A stretch of 64,000 bases of DNA. It comes from an uncultured Clostridia bacterium (GTDB lineage: Bacteria > Bacillota > Clostridia > Christensenellales > CAMQZB01). The position numbers were made by a program, and so were the translations under genes. Below, one piece after another: positions 11,116-19,842 of the stretch. Under the pieces are notes generated by a model that did not search any database, was not told the origin of the DNA, and saw only the letters and a list, made by a program, of their open reading frames with translations. Within the stretch, counting starts at the first letter, position 1. Every line of letters starts with the position of its first letter. The DNA lies in assembly GCA_964406735.1 (NCBI GenBank), contig CAYOSU010000003.1, positions 24,866 through 88,865 on the forward strand. The letters are read 5' to 3'.

Positions 11116-11149
11116 AAAGGATTGACTTAACGTCAGTCCTTTTTGTTTT
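11116..11149 (+). terminator. rho-independent terminator after glyA/tRNA-Pro
   Basis: 11-bp stem AAAGGATTGAC / GTCAGTCCTTT (one G-U), 5-nt loop, then TTTTGTTTT. Confidence 0.65.
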
Positions 11150-11161
11150 ATAAACGAGATT

Positions 11162-11812
11162 ATGAATATTACCGAAAACGCAAACAATTTAATAAAAGAG
11201 ATAGAGGCGCTTAATAAGTGTGTTACTATCGTAGCCGCAAGCAAAACTCAAGGTATTGGGAATATAGAACAAGCAAGGCTTGGCGGTATAACCGTGTTTG
11301 GCGAAAACCGAGTTCAGGAATTTTCTGAAAAGTTTGGAAAGATAGACGTTAAATGGCACTTTATCGGACATCTTCAAACGAATAAGGTCAAACAAGTCGT
11401 CGGCAAAGCCGAGCTTATACATTCAGTCGACAGCAAAAGACTTGTTGACGAGATAGATATATGCGCTGAAAAGCTTGGTGTTATACAAAAAGTTCTTTTA
11501 GAGATAAATATCGGCCGTGAGGAATCAAAATCGGGCGTTTTACCCGAAAATTTCGACGAGTTATATTATTACACCATTTCAAAGAAAAGCGTAAACGTCG
11601 TCGGAATAATGTCCGTGATGCCAAAAAATGTCGATGAAGAATTATATTTGCAATTAAAAGAGATTTATGATAGAATAAGAAAAGAGAACGAAAATATCGC
11701 AATACTTTCATGCGGAATGAGCGGAGATTATGAAACTGCGATAAAAAACGGCTCTAATATGATCAGAATCGGAACTAAAATATTCGGAAGAAGAGTATTG
11801 AAGGAGATATAA
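11162..11812 (+). CDS. yggS: YggS/YlmE-family pyridoxal-phosphate homeostasis protein
   Basis: 216 aa. VAASKTQ (PLP Lys), HFIGHLQTNK and RIGTKIFG motifs. It precedes sepF, as ylmE-ylmF do in Bacillus. Confidence 0.85.
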   Translation: MNITENANNLIKEIEALNKCVTIVAASKTQGIGNIEQARLGGITVFGENRVQEFSEKFGKIDVKWHFIGHLQTNKVKQVVGKAELIHSVDSKRLVDEIDICAEKLGVIQKVLLEINIGREESKSGVLPENFDELYYYTISKKSVNVVGIMSVMPKNVDEELYLQLKEIYDRIRKENENIAILSCGMSGDYETAIKNGSNMIRIGTKIFGRRVLKEI

Positions 11813-12093
11813 TGAGAGGTCCTACAGACGCAACGACGTATTACAATAGCAATAAAAATTCTTTTGCGATATTTCACCCGAAGTCTTTTGACGACGTTGA
11901 AAGCGCAATTTCAATGCTTCGTGATCAGCATACTATAATAGTTTATCTCGATAAGCTCAAAGCAGAGGATGCACAGAGAGTATTAGATCTTTTATCGGGA
12001 GCAGTTTTTGCGTTGAACGGCAACGTTTTCGAGATGCAAAAGGATATTTTTATGATGACGTCTAGCAACGTCGATATAATCAGCGATACTTGA
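11812..12093 (+). CDS. sepF: SepF-like cell-division protein, core domain only
   Basis: 93 aa with the SepF C-terminal core character (PKSFDDVESAISMLRDQHTIIVYL...AQRVLDLLSGAVFALNG). It follows yggS and its TAATG overlaps it. Confidence 0.6.
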   Translation: MRGPTDATTYYNSNKNSFAIFHPKSFDDVESAISMLRDQHTIIVYLDKLKAEDAQRVLDLLSGAVFALNGNVFEMQKDIFMMTSSNVDIISDT

Positions 12094-12094
12094 T

Positions 12095-12580
12095 ATGGGA
12101 ATTGTAATTGCGGTAATAATCGCTGTTTTAGCGGTAATATTAGATCAGATAACAAAGCATATAGTCGTTACAAATATGTTTTTGGGGCAGACATTGCCTG
12201 TTATCAAAGATATTTTTCATTTTACTTACGTGAGAAATACAGGCGCTGCGTTCTCTATATTAAGCGACGGTATGGTATTTTTCTATATCATTACGCCGAT
12301 TGCGTTAGCGGCTTTTATCTATATCATGATAAAAGAGCGAAAAGGCAGCAAATACCAGCTTGCGCTTTTGGGCGGTATAGTTGGCGGCACGATAGGCAAT
12401 TTTATCGATAGGGTAGCATACGGCTACGTTATCGACTTTATCGATTGCAGGTTTATCGACTTTGCGATATTCAACGTTGCGGATATATTCTTGACCTGTT
12501 GTATATTCTTGTATGTATTCTATTTGATCTTAGAGCTTATAAAAGATGTAAAAAAGGAAAAGGCGAAAAAGAATGACTGA
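12095..12580 (+). CDS. lspA: lipoprotein signal peptidase II
   Basis: 161 aa with four hydrophobic segments. Conserved NTGAAFS and FNVADIF motifs. Confidence 0.9.
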   Translation: MGIVIAVIIAVLAVILDQITKHIVVTNMFLGQTLPVIKDIFHFTYVRNTGAAFSILSDGMVFFYIITPIALAAFIYIMIKERKGSKYQLALLGGIVGGTIGNFIDRVAYGYVIDFIDCRFIDFAIFNVADIFLTCCIFLYVFYLILELIKDVKKEKAKKND

Positions 12581-13493
12581 TAACGCTCCGATAATAATCA
12601 ACGTTGAAGAGAACGGACAAAGGCTTGACGCATATATTGCGGAGAGCCTTGATTTGTTTTCTCGCTCGAAAATAAAAACGCTTATCGAAAAGGGAGACGT
12701 TACTGTAAACGGAAAAACGCTCAAAAGCTCGTATTCCGTTAAGGATGGAGATGTTATCGAGATAAAGCCGCAGGAGCTTATTCCGTGCGAAATTTTGCCT
12801 GAAAACGACGTTCAATTCAATATCGTATACGAGGATGAGGATATCGCAGTTATAAACAAACCGCAAGGGCTTATCGTGCACCCTACAAGCTCGATTCGTA
12901 GCGGTACGTTAGTTAACGGACTTCTTGCAAGGCTTGATAATTTAAGCGGAATAAACGGCGTTTTACGCCCCGGAATAGTCCATAGAATAGACAAAGATAC
13001 ATCGGGACTTTTAGTCGTTGCCAAAAACGACGTAGCGCATCAAAGCTTAGCTGAACAGATCGCTAAAAAAGAGGCAAGGCGTAGCTACCTTGCGATAAAT
13101 GAGGGAATCATCAAAGAAGATAGCGGCGAGATAGAGACTTATATTGGAAGAAATCCTAAAGATCGCAAGAGCATGGCGGTCGTAAAAGACGGCAAAATTG
13201 CGATAACGGATTTCAAGGTATTGGAACGCTTTAAGAACAATACTTATACGAGATTTGACTTAAAAACAGGTCGTACTCACCAGATAAGAGTACATAGCAA
13301 GTATATCGGACATCCGATAGTAGGGGATAAGGTATACGGCTACGAGAAGCAACGTTTTAATCTTAACGGTCAGCTTCTTCACGCAGAGACCTTGGTTTTA
13401 GTCCATCCCAGATCGGGAGAGGCGATGGAGTTTCACGCAGATCTTCCCAAATATTTCGTAGACGTACTGACCACACTCAGAAATACAAAATAA
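12573..13493 (+). CDS. rluD: RluA-family 23S rRNA pseudouridine synthase (RluD-like)
   Basis: N-terminal S4-like region plus catalytic HRIDKDTSGLLVVAK. It follows lspA, as in Bacillus lspA-rluD. Confidence 0.9.
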   Translation: MTDNAPIIINVEENGQRLDAYIAESLDLFSRSKIKTLIEKGDVTVNGKTLKSSYSVKDGDVIEIKPQELIPCEILPENDVQFNIVYEDEDIAVINKPQGLIVHPTSSIRSGTLVNGLLARLDNLSGINGVLRPGIVHRIDKDTSGLLVVAKNDVAHQSLAEQIAKKEARRSYLAINEGIIKEDSGEIETYIGRNPKDRKSMAVVKDGKIAITDFKVLERFKNNTYTRFDLKTGRTHQIRVHSKYIGHPIVGDKVYGYEKQRFNLNGQLLHAETLVLVHPRSGEAMEFHADLPKYFVDVLTTLRNTK

Positions 13494-13529
13494 ATAGTTT
13501 TAAAGTACCAAAATCTTAAAAAAGATGTA

Positions 13530-13568
13530 ATTATTCCGATAATGCAGTTATTTTGCGAATAATTATTG
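13530..13568 (+). repeat. dispersed non-coding element copy (ATTATTCCGAT-N10-TTTTGCGAATAATTATTG)
   Basis: 29 of 39 positions identical, with identical spacing, to 31830-31868. The ATTATTC-N14-TTTT architecture is also shared with 19762-19800. Confidence 0.7.
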
Positions 13569-13581
13569 ATTATATAAATAA

Positions 13582-13643
13582 AACGCACTCACTAAACGAA
13601 TCAAACAGGCATACAAGCCTTTCAAAGCGTAGTGGGTGCGTTT
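13582..13643. terminator. long hairpin between convergent rluD and the methyltransferase gene (probable bidirectional terminator)
   Basis: Outer stem AAACGCACTCACT / AGTGGGTGCGTTT (imperfect) with inner AGGC/GCCT stem. The minus-strand reading is followed by TTTTATTTAT. Confidence 0.5.
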
Positions 13644-13651
13644 AATAATAT

Positions 13652-14782
13652 TTAGTTTATTTCGTATTTATCTTTTACAAGCTCAAAGAGCGTTTGATCA
13701 AAAGCGTATTTGTCTTTCAACGCTTTAATATTCTCAAAATTTTTCTTGTTAACTCCGCTTGTATTAGTTGCTCTTATCATGAGATTTTTAGGAGAATGCG
13801 CAAGGTCTACGAATTCCAAAATATCAACGGAATAGCCCATATCTTCGAGAATATTTCCTCGGATGGCGTCGGTAAGGAGTGCGGAACAACGCTCTTTTAT
13901 TATGCCGTATTTCGTCAATATATCGAGATCTCCGCCTTTTTTGAGGCTAAGGTTTATCTCATGCTGGCAGCAGGGAACGGAGAATATATATTTAACGTTT
14001 TTGTGAATTGCGTAAGAAAGTGCATAGTCTGTAGCAGTATCGCACGCATGTAGGCTTATTACCATATCGATATGTTCGTTTGATAAAGTATCTTTCGATA
14101 CGTCGGCTTTAACGAATCGTAGATCATTATAGCCATATTTTTTAGCAATCGCATTGCAGTCTTTTACGATGTCTTCTTTAAGGTCGTAACCGATAATGTT
14201 TGCTTTGATGCCTTTTACCTTGCAGAAATAATAGTAAACGATAAAGGTGAGGTATGACTTTCCGCAACCAAAATCAAGGATAGATATCTCTTTTAAATCC
14301 GATTTTTTAAAGCAATCGTCTATAAGTTCGATAAATCTATTGATCTGGCGATATTTATCGTATTTACTGTTTACTATTTTGAGATCCTTTGTAAATACGC
14401 CAAGATCGACGAGTGCAGGGATATTTTCGCCCTCGTTTAAGATATATTGTTTTTTTCTGTTGTTTTCATTAGACGTAGACTTTAAGTTGTTAGCGGATAC
14501 GACTTGCTTTACCGTTTCACCGTTAATAAAATAAGTCGTCGTTGTGCCTTCTTGATGTACGGCAATTTGGCGATAGTTTTTCGAAAGAACTGTATTTAAG
14601 TAGTTTCCGACGTTTTCAAACTTGATATTCTCATGAAATACCTGCTTATTTTTGAATTTTTCGACTTGCGCATAGCTTTCGCCTTTCAATGTAATAGGTC
14701 GAATTATTCGTTTTTCGTACTCGTAGTTATGATTTGGTTTTGTTGCAACAATTTTGATGAATCCATTTTCAATATTGATCAT
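13652..14782 (-). CDS. class I SAM-dependent methyltransferase, substrate unknown
   Basis: 376 aa. SAM-binding motif ILDFGCGKSYLTF in the C-terminal half and an uncharacterised domain of about 150 aa at the N-terminus. Its ATG overlaps the rqcH stop (ATGA). Confidence 0.7.
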   Translation of the reverse strand: MINIENGFIKIVATKPNHNYEYEKRIIRPITLKGESYAQVEKFKNKQVFHENIKFENVGNYLNTVLSKNYRQIAVHQEGTTTTYFINGETVKQVVSANNLKSTSNENNRKKQYILNEGENIPALVDLGVFTKDLKIVNSKYDKYRQINRFIELIDDCFKKSDLKEISILDFGCGKSYLTFIVYYYFCKVKGIKANIIGYDLKEDIVKDCNAIAKKYGYNDLRFVKADVSKDTLSNEHIDMVISLHACDTATDYALSYAIHKNVKYIFSVPCCQHEINLSLKKGGDLDILTKYGIIKERCSALLTDAIRGNILEDMGYSVDILEFVDLAHSPKNLMIRATNTSGVNKKNFENIKALKDKYAFDQTLFELVKDKYEIN

Positions 14783-16473
14783 TTTTGTAATTCCTTATGC
14801 TCCTTTGGCTCACATATAATGCTATAATTTGTGTTATATATAACGAGTCCTAATTTGCCGTTTGGCGGCTTTTTAACGTTTTTTACCTCAGTATAATCGA
14901 CTTCTACCTTACTTGAAGTTCGCTCATCAGAGTAGTATGCCGCTATCTCGGCTGCAACGACGTAAACGTCGTCCGGGATGGGGCCATTTTGCTTAGCTTT
15001 TACTAAAACGTGAGAACCGAACGCTTTTTTAACGTGGAACCAAACGTCGTTTCCTCGTCCTAATTTATGAGTAACATATTCGTTTTCAGTCGAGCTTCTT
15101 CCGACGTATATAGTAAAACCGTTATATAAATACTCTCTTGGTTTAGCTGTAACTTCCGCTTTTTTCTTAGACTGCTTTGGTTTTTGTATTACTCCGCTCG
15201 CAATAAGGTCGTTTTCAATAAGCTCCAATTCATTTATTTCGGTAACGTTATTCAGCGTCGAGCGAATGCTTTTCAGCATATTTAAGTGCGCTTGCGACTC
15301 GATTATCTGCTCGGTTACGAATTCAATAGTACGTTTTTTCTTGTTATATCTTCTATAATAATTCTGTGCGTTTGAAGAAGGGGAGAGTGCGGGATCAAGC
15401 TTAATAGTAATGGGCATAACGGGATCTTCGTAATAATTATCAACAATAACTTCGCTTGCCTTTTGCTGGATCCTGTATATATTAGTCGTAATAAGCTCTC
15501 CGCAAATTCTGTCTTTTTCAAGATCTTCAGAATCTTTAAGCTGATTCATTTGCGCAGTAAGCTTTTTCTCCGTTCTTGAAATATTGTGCTTGATAATATC
15601 ATTCAAGCGTTTCCCATGCTCTTTTATGCGCAAAACATTATCTTTCTCGGAATAATAAGTGTCTATTGCTTCGTTCAGTGTAGGGAAATACCGATATTCA
15701 AGCTGTAATGTATCGTAATTGATAACGAAGTAATCTTCAACCTTGCCGTTTTTATAGCCAACGCACGGTGAAGCGTTTTTGAAATCACACAACGATCTTA
15801 TTCGCTCTGAAAGCTCGTTTTCGCTTGTTATAGTATCGTTTCTAGTTAAATACGTTGCCGTTTGATAAGAATATCCGCTGACCAATTCAAGAATATCCTT
15901 TGCGGTATACGGTTTGCTTAGCGTTGTTATTGCTTTTTCTATAGTGGCGATATCGTCAAAGGCTATCTTTTCGTTTTCGGGGAATGAATACTTGATACCG
16001 CTCATTATCATTCGCTTTGCCTTTTCGTCGTCAAGAGAGGTCTTTTTAAGCGAGCCCAATATCTTTCCGTCGCAGTCGGTAAGTATAATGTTGCTCTGCT
16101 TAGAAATAAGCTCTGCAAAAAGCCTTAGCGAAATGGTATCTTTCATCTCGTTCTTTGAGCTAAGCTCAAGAGCTATAATTCTGTCGCTGTTCGGGCTATA
16201 TACTTTTTCGATCGTTGCTCCGACGAGGTGTTTTCTGAGGAGCATACAAAATGAAGGAGCTGTTATAGGATTAGCTTTATCTCTTTCCGTTATATGACAC
16301 CTCGGTACGTTTGCGTTGGCAGAGACTGCAAGTTTTTTCGTTCCGATCCTTGTGTATACAGTCAAAACGATTTCGTCCTTTTCAGGTTGATTTATCTTAG
16401 TGATCTTGCCGCCCGATAATATATCGTTAAGTTCTTTTGATATGTAAGAGATCGTAAGTGCGTCGCCCGGCAT
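14779..16473 (-). CDS. rqcH: ribosome quality-control factor RqcH (FbpA/NFACT family)
   Basis: 564 aa. NFACT-N start (MPGDALTISYISKELN...), coiled-coil middle, and NFACT-R (DVWFHVKKAFGSHVLV). Confidence 0.85.
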   Translation of the reverse strand: MPGDALTISYISKELNDILSGGKITKINQPEKDEIVLTVYTRIGTKKLAVSANANVPRCHITERDKANPITAPSFCMLLRKHLVGATIEKVYSPNSDRIIALELSSKNEMKDTISLRLFAELISKQSNIILTDCDGKILGSLKKTSLDDEKAKRMIMSGIKYSFPENEKIAFDDIATIEKAITTLSKPYTAKDILELVSGYSYQTATYLTRNDTITSENELSERIRSLCDFKNASPCVGYKNGKVEDYFVINYDTLQLEYRYFPTLNEAIDTYYSEKDNVLRIKEHGKRLNDIIKHNISRTEKKLTAQMNQLKDSEDLEKDRICGELITTNIYRIQQKASEVIVDNYYEDPVMPITIKLDPALSPSSNAQNYYRRYNKKKRTIEFVTEQIIESQAHLNMLKSIRSTLNNVTEINELELIENDLIASGVIQKPKQSKKKAEVTAKPREYLYNGFTIYVGRSSTENEYVTHKLGRGNDVWFHVKKAFGSHVLVKAKQNGPIPDDVYVVAAEIAAYYSDERTSSKVEVDYTEVKNVKKPPNGKLGLVIYNTNYSIICEPKEHKELQK

Positions 16474-16520
16474 TTTTTAGCTCCTAATCGTTATTTCGAT
16501 GTTATTGTATAACATTTTAT

Positions 16521-16549
16521 TTGCATAAATCAATTAAATGTGCTAAAAT
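16521..16549 (+). promoter_or_regulatory. sigma-A-type promoter for tig
   Basis: TTGCAT-N17-TAAAAT with an extended -10 TGc, 54 nt upstream of the tig ATG. Confidence 0.6.
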
Positions 16550-16602
16550 GTTTACTACAAAAAAAATGATTATAATGCACTACTATGTAGTTCGGAGGAT
16601 TT

Positions 16603-17889
16603 ATGAACAGTAATATTGAGAAAATCGAAAAAAGCCAACTTAAGATCACGATCGAATTAAACGCCGAAGAATGGCAGGAAATGAACGTCTTGGCGTATAA
16701 CAAGACCAAAAATAAATATCCTGTTCAGGGCTTCAGAAAGGGCAAAGCTCCTATGAAGGTTTTGCAGAATGCTTACGGAGAAGGCGTTTTCTACGAGGAA
16801 GCAATAAACGAAGCTTTTGTTAAGTATTATTACGATATACTTGACAAAAACGAGGAGATATTCCCCGTGGGACAGCCTGATCTCGACGTTGAGACCATCT
16901 CTAAGGACGGAATCAAACTCGTAGCTATAGTTCCCGTAAAACCCGAGGTAGAACTTGGACAGTATAAGGGTATTAAATTCGATAAAATAGAGTATAATGT
17001 TAAAGATGCCGACGTCAAGAAAGAGCTTGAGAAAAAGCGTGAGGACGCAGGCAGAATGGTAGACGTAGAGGGCAGAGCTGCTGCAAACGGAGACACCGCT
17101 AACATTGATTTCGAGGGAAGCGTTGACGGCGTTAAGTTCGACGGCGGTGCAGCTCAGGGCTATGACCTTGTTTTGGGTTCTAACTCTTTCATCCCCGGCT
17201 TCGAAGACGGCGTTGTAGGTATGAACATTGGCGAGGAAAAAGACATTCCCGTAACCTTCCCCGAGAACTACGGCGAAGCAACACTTGCTGGAAAGGCTGC
17301 CGTTTTCAAAGTTAAGCTCAACTCCTTGCAGGTAAAAGAGCTTCCTGCTCTTGACGACGAATTCGCAAAAGACGTTTCTGAGTTCGATACGTTGAAAGAG
17401 CTCAAGAAAGACATCAAGGCAAAACTCGTTGCGGAGAACGAGAGAAAGGCTGCTTACGAGCTCGAGGATAAGATGCTCGAAACCGTCGTAGAAAACAGCA
17501 CGATGGAGCTTCCCGACGCTCTTATCGAAAGCCAGATCGACCATATGGTACAGGACTTCAACTACCGCTTGATGTATCAAGGAATGAACGTTGAGACCTA
17601 CCTCAAGTATACAGGAACGACGATGGACGCTTTCAGAAGCAACTTCCGTGACGAAGCTATCAAGTCTTGCAAGGCTCAGCTCGTTATCGACAAGCTCATC
17701 ACTGTTGAGAACATCAAGGCAGAGGATGCTGATATCGACGAAGAGATCAAGCCCATGGCTGAAAACGCTAAGAAGACGCTTGAGGAGTATAAAGCAGCTC
17801 TTAACCCCGAGCAGATCGATTACATTTCCAGAAACGTTATCATCAAAAAGCTCTTCGACCTTTTGAAGAAAGAGAACACAGTTGAATAA
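16603..17889 (+). CDS. tig: trigger factor
   Basis: 428 aa. Ribosome-binding GFRKGKAP motif and a central FKBP-type PPIase region. Confidence 0.95.
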   Translation: MNSNIEKIEKSQLKITIELNAEEWQEMNVLAYNKTKNKYPVQGFRKGKAPMKVLQNAYGEGVFYEEAINEAFVKYYYDILDKNEEIFPVGQPDLDVETISKDGIKLVAIVPVKPEVELGQYKGIKFDKIEYNVKDADVKKELEKKREDAGRMVDVEGRAAANGDTANIDFEGSVDGVKFDGGAAQGYDLVLGSNSFIPGFEDGVVGMNIGEEKDIPVTFPENYGEATLAGKAAVFKVKLNSLQVKELPALDDEFAKDVSEFDTLKELKKDIKAKLVAENERKAAYELEDKMLETVVENSTMELPDALIESQIDHMVQDFNYRLMYQGMNVETYLKYTGTTMDAFRSNFRDEAIKSCKAQLVIDKLITVENIKAEDADIDEEIKPMAENAKKTLEEYKAALNPEQIDYISRNVIIKKLFDLLKKENTVE

Positions 17890-17911
17890 TTCAAATTAAG
17901 GACAGAAAATA

Positions 17912-18511
17912 ATGAGTGAGATCAGAAATAACCTTATCCCTATGGTCGTCGAACAGACGTCGAGGGGAGAGCGTTCCTACGATATTTATTCAAAGCTTTT
18001 AGAAGACAGAATAATCTTTATTACGGGCGAGATCAACGATGCGACGGCGAATACCGTCGTCGCACAGCTACTTTATCTCGAGTCTAAGGACCCTGATAAG
18101 GACATATGCCTCTATATCAACAGCCCCGGCGGTAGCGTTACCGCAGGTCTTGCGATATACGACACGATGCAATACGTAAAGTGCGACGTTCAGACAATAT
18201 GTATCGGCCTTGCAGCTAGCATGGGTGCATTCTTGCTTTCTTCCGGAACGAAAGGTAAACGCTTTGCGCTCCCAAACAGCGAGATAATGATCCATCAGCC
18301 ATTGGGCGGTGCTCAAGGGCAGGCATCCGATATTGCCATTCAGGCTAACCATATTTTGAAGACAAAGAAGAGACTTAACGATATTCTCGCTCAAAATACC
18401 AATCAGCCTTTAAGACAGATCGAAAAGGATACCGATAGAGACAATTTTATGTCTGCTGACGAAGCGCTTTCTTACGGTCTTATTGATAAGGTTATAGTCA
18501 ACAGAAAATAA
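17912..18511 (+). CDS. clpP: ATP-dependent Clp protease proteolytic subunit
   Basis: Catalytic Ser ([11 protein letters not shown]) and His (MIHQPLGG). Confidence 0.97.
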   Translation: MSEIRNNLIPMVVEQTSRGERSYDIYSKLLEDRIIFITGEINDATANTVVAQLLYLESKDPDKDICLYINSPGGSVTAGLAIYDTMQYVKCDVQTICIGLAASMGAFLLSSGTKGKRFALPNSEIMIHQPLGGAQGQASDIAIQANHILKTKKRLNDILAQNTNQPLRQIEKDTDRDNFMSADEALSYGLIDKVIVNRK

Positions 18512-18523
18512 TCGGAGATTTTA

Positions 18524-19762
18524 ATGAAAAATAATAAGGACTTGATTTGTTCTTTTTGCGGCAGACCCAAAGAACTCGTCAATAAATTAATAGCCGGACC
18601 TAACGGAGTTCTCATCTGCGACCAATGCGTCGAAGTGTGCGAAAGGATACTTAAAGACGAATCCTCTTTGAATAGAGAAGATGAGCAAATTAATCTTCTG
18701 CCGCCTTCCAAGATCAAAGAAAAACTCGACGAGTATATTATTGGTCAGGATGAAGCTAAACGAGTTCTTTCAGTAGCCGTCTACAATCACTACAAAAGAA
18801 TAAATTCGATGTCCGCAGCTCCTTGCGACGACGTAGAGCTTGAAAAAAGCAACGTCCTTTTGTTAGGACCTACGGGCTCGGGTAAAACGCTTCTTGCAAA
18901 AACGCTTGCAAAAATATTGAACGTACCGTTCGCTATGGCAGATGCAACGACGCTTACTGAGGCTGGATACGTCGGTGAAGACGTTGAAAACATCCTGTTA
19001 AAGCTGATAAAAGCTGCTGATTACGACGTCAAGCGTGCCGAAGTCGGTATAGTTTATATTGACGAGATAGACAAGATAGCTCGAAAGAGTGAAAATATGT
19101 CCATTACTCGAGATGTTTCAGGTGAGGGAGTTCAGCAGGCACTATTGAAGATCATCGAATCTACGGTCGCAAACGTACCGCCGCAGGGTGGAAGAAAGCA
19201 TCCGCAGCAGGATTTTATTCAGATTGACACGACTAACATCTTGTTTATCGTCGGTGGAGCGTTCGTTGGTCTTGATAAGATAATCGAAAAGCGTAAAGAT
19301 ACGTCATCTCTCGGGTTTACGGGCGAGCTTTCTAAAAGCGGAAACGATATTTCAGAAGTGCTCAAAGACGTTCAGCCGCAAGATCTTCAGAAATACGGTT
19401 TGATTCCCGAATTTATCGGAAGAATTCCCGTAGCAGTTTCTCTCGATCCGTTGGATGAGGACGCATTGATAAAGATATTGACAGAGCCTAAAAACGCACT
19501 ACTCAAGCAATATAAGAAGCTGTTTGATATCGATAACGTAGATCTCGAGTTTGAAAATGACGCAATAAGAGCTGTCGCAAAGAAGGCTATTGCATTAAAG
19601 ACAGGCGCAAGAGCGCTCAGAACGACGCTCGAAAAGTCAGTGCTTTCATTGATGTATTCAATCCCCGACGACAGATCTATTAGAAAGGTAACCGTAACTG
19701 AAGGCTTTATTGAAAGAGGAGAAGCCCCCGTTATTGAACGAGATAATACAAAATCTGCTTAA
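18524..19762 (+). CDS. clpX: ATP-dependent Clp protease ATP-binding subunit ClpX
   Basis: Zinc finger CSFCGR...CDQC, Walker A GPTGSGKT and Walker [11 protein letters not shown]. Confidence 0.97.
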   Translation: MKNNKDLICSFCGRPKELVNKLIAGPNGVLICDQCVEVCERILKDESSLNREDEQINLLPPSKIKEKLDEYIIGQDEAKRVLSVAVYNHYKRINSMSAAPCDDVELEKSNVLLLGPTGSGKTLLAKTLAKILNVPFAMADATTLTEAGYVGEDVENILLKLIKAADYDVKRAEVGIVYIDEIDKIARKSENMSITRDVSGEGVQQALLKIIESTVANVPPQGGRKHPQQDFIQIDTTNILFIVGGAFVGLDKIIEKRKDTSSLGFTGELSKSGNDISEVLKDVQPQDLQKYGLIPEFIGRIPVAVSLDPLDEDALIKILTEPKNALLKQYKKLFDIDNVDLEFENDAIRAVAKKAIALKTGARALRTTLEKSVLSLMYSIPDDRSIRKVTVTEGFIERGEAPVIERDNTKSA

Positions 19763-19800
19763 TTATTCTTGAAATTATTGCGTTTTACGCATAATTATAT
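19762..19800 (+). repeat. dispersed non-coding element copy (ATTATTC-N14-TTTTACGCATAATTATAT)
   Basis: TTTTACGCATAA is identical to 31851-31862. ATTATTC lies at the same 14-nt distance as in the 13530 and 31830 copies. Confidence 0.65.
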
Positions 19801-19806
19801 TATTTA

Positions 19807-19839
19807 ACGGGTTACTATGCTGTAGCCCGTATTTGTTTT
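19807..19839 (+). terminator. hairpin plus T-rich tail after clpX, ending 3 nt before the lon ATG (terminator or attenuator)
   Basis: 9-bp stem ACGGGTTAC / GTAGCCCGT (one G-U), loop TATGCT, tail ATTTGTTTT. Confidence 0.45.
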
Positions 19840-19842
19840 ACT

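Noticed and set aside
13517-13542. A sigma-D/sigma-28-like promoter (TAAA-N14-TCCGATAA) inside the 13530 element.
   Set aside because: The spacer is one nt short. The homologous copy at 31830 has its TAAA only 10 nt away and lies inside the miaA coding sequence. No flagellar or chemotaxis gene lies downstream.
16657-17580. A 307-aa antisense ORF within tig. Similar long antisense ORFs lie at 752-1279, 6945-7418, 12537-12881, 21565-21927, 29871-30455 and 45465-46112.
   Set aside because: I checked each one. All are in the same codon-phase-aligned antisense frame as the real gene (comM, hslU, rluD, lon, mutL, ftsK). This is the same codon-bias artefact as above, and none has start signals.
19783-19811. 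Resemblance of TTTACGCATAA-TTATA-TTATTTAACGG, and of TTTGCGCATAA at 36844, to the XerC arm of E. coli dif (GGTGCGCATAA). I considered a dif site.
   Set aside because: The central region is 5 nt rather than 6. The right arm matches a Bacillus or E. coli XerD arm at only 6-7 of 11 positions. There are many copies of the left-arm-like motif. No ATAA-N6-TTAT core occurs in any non-coding region I scanned, including 33108-33162 and 36328-37049.
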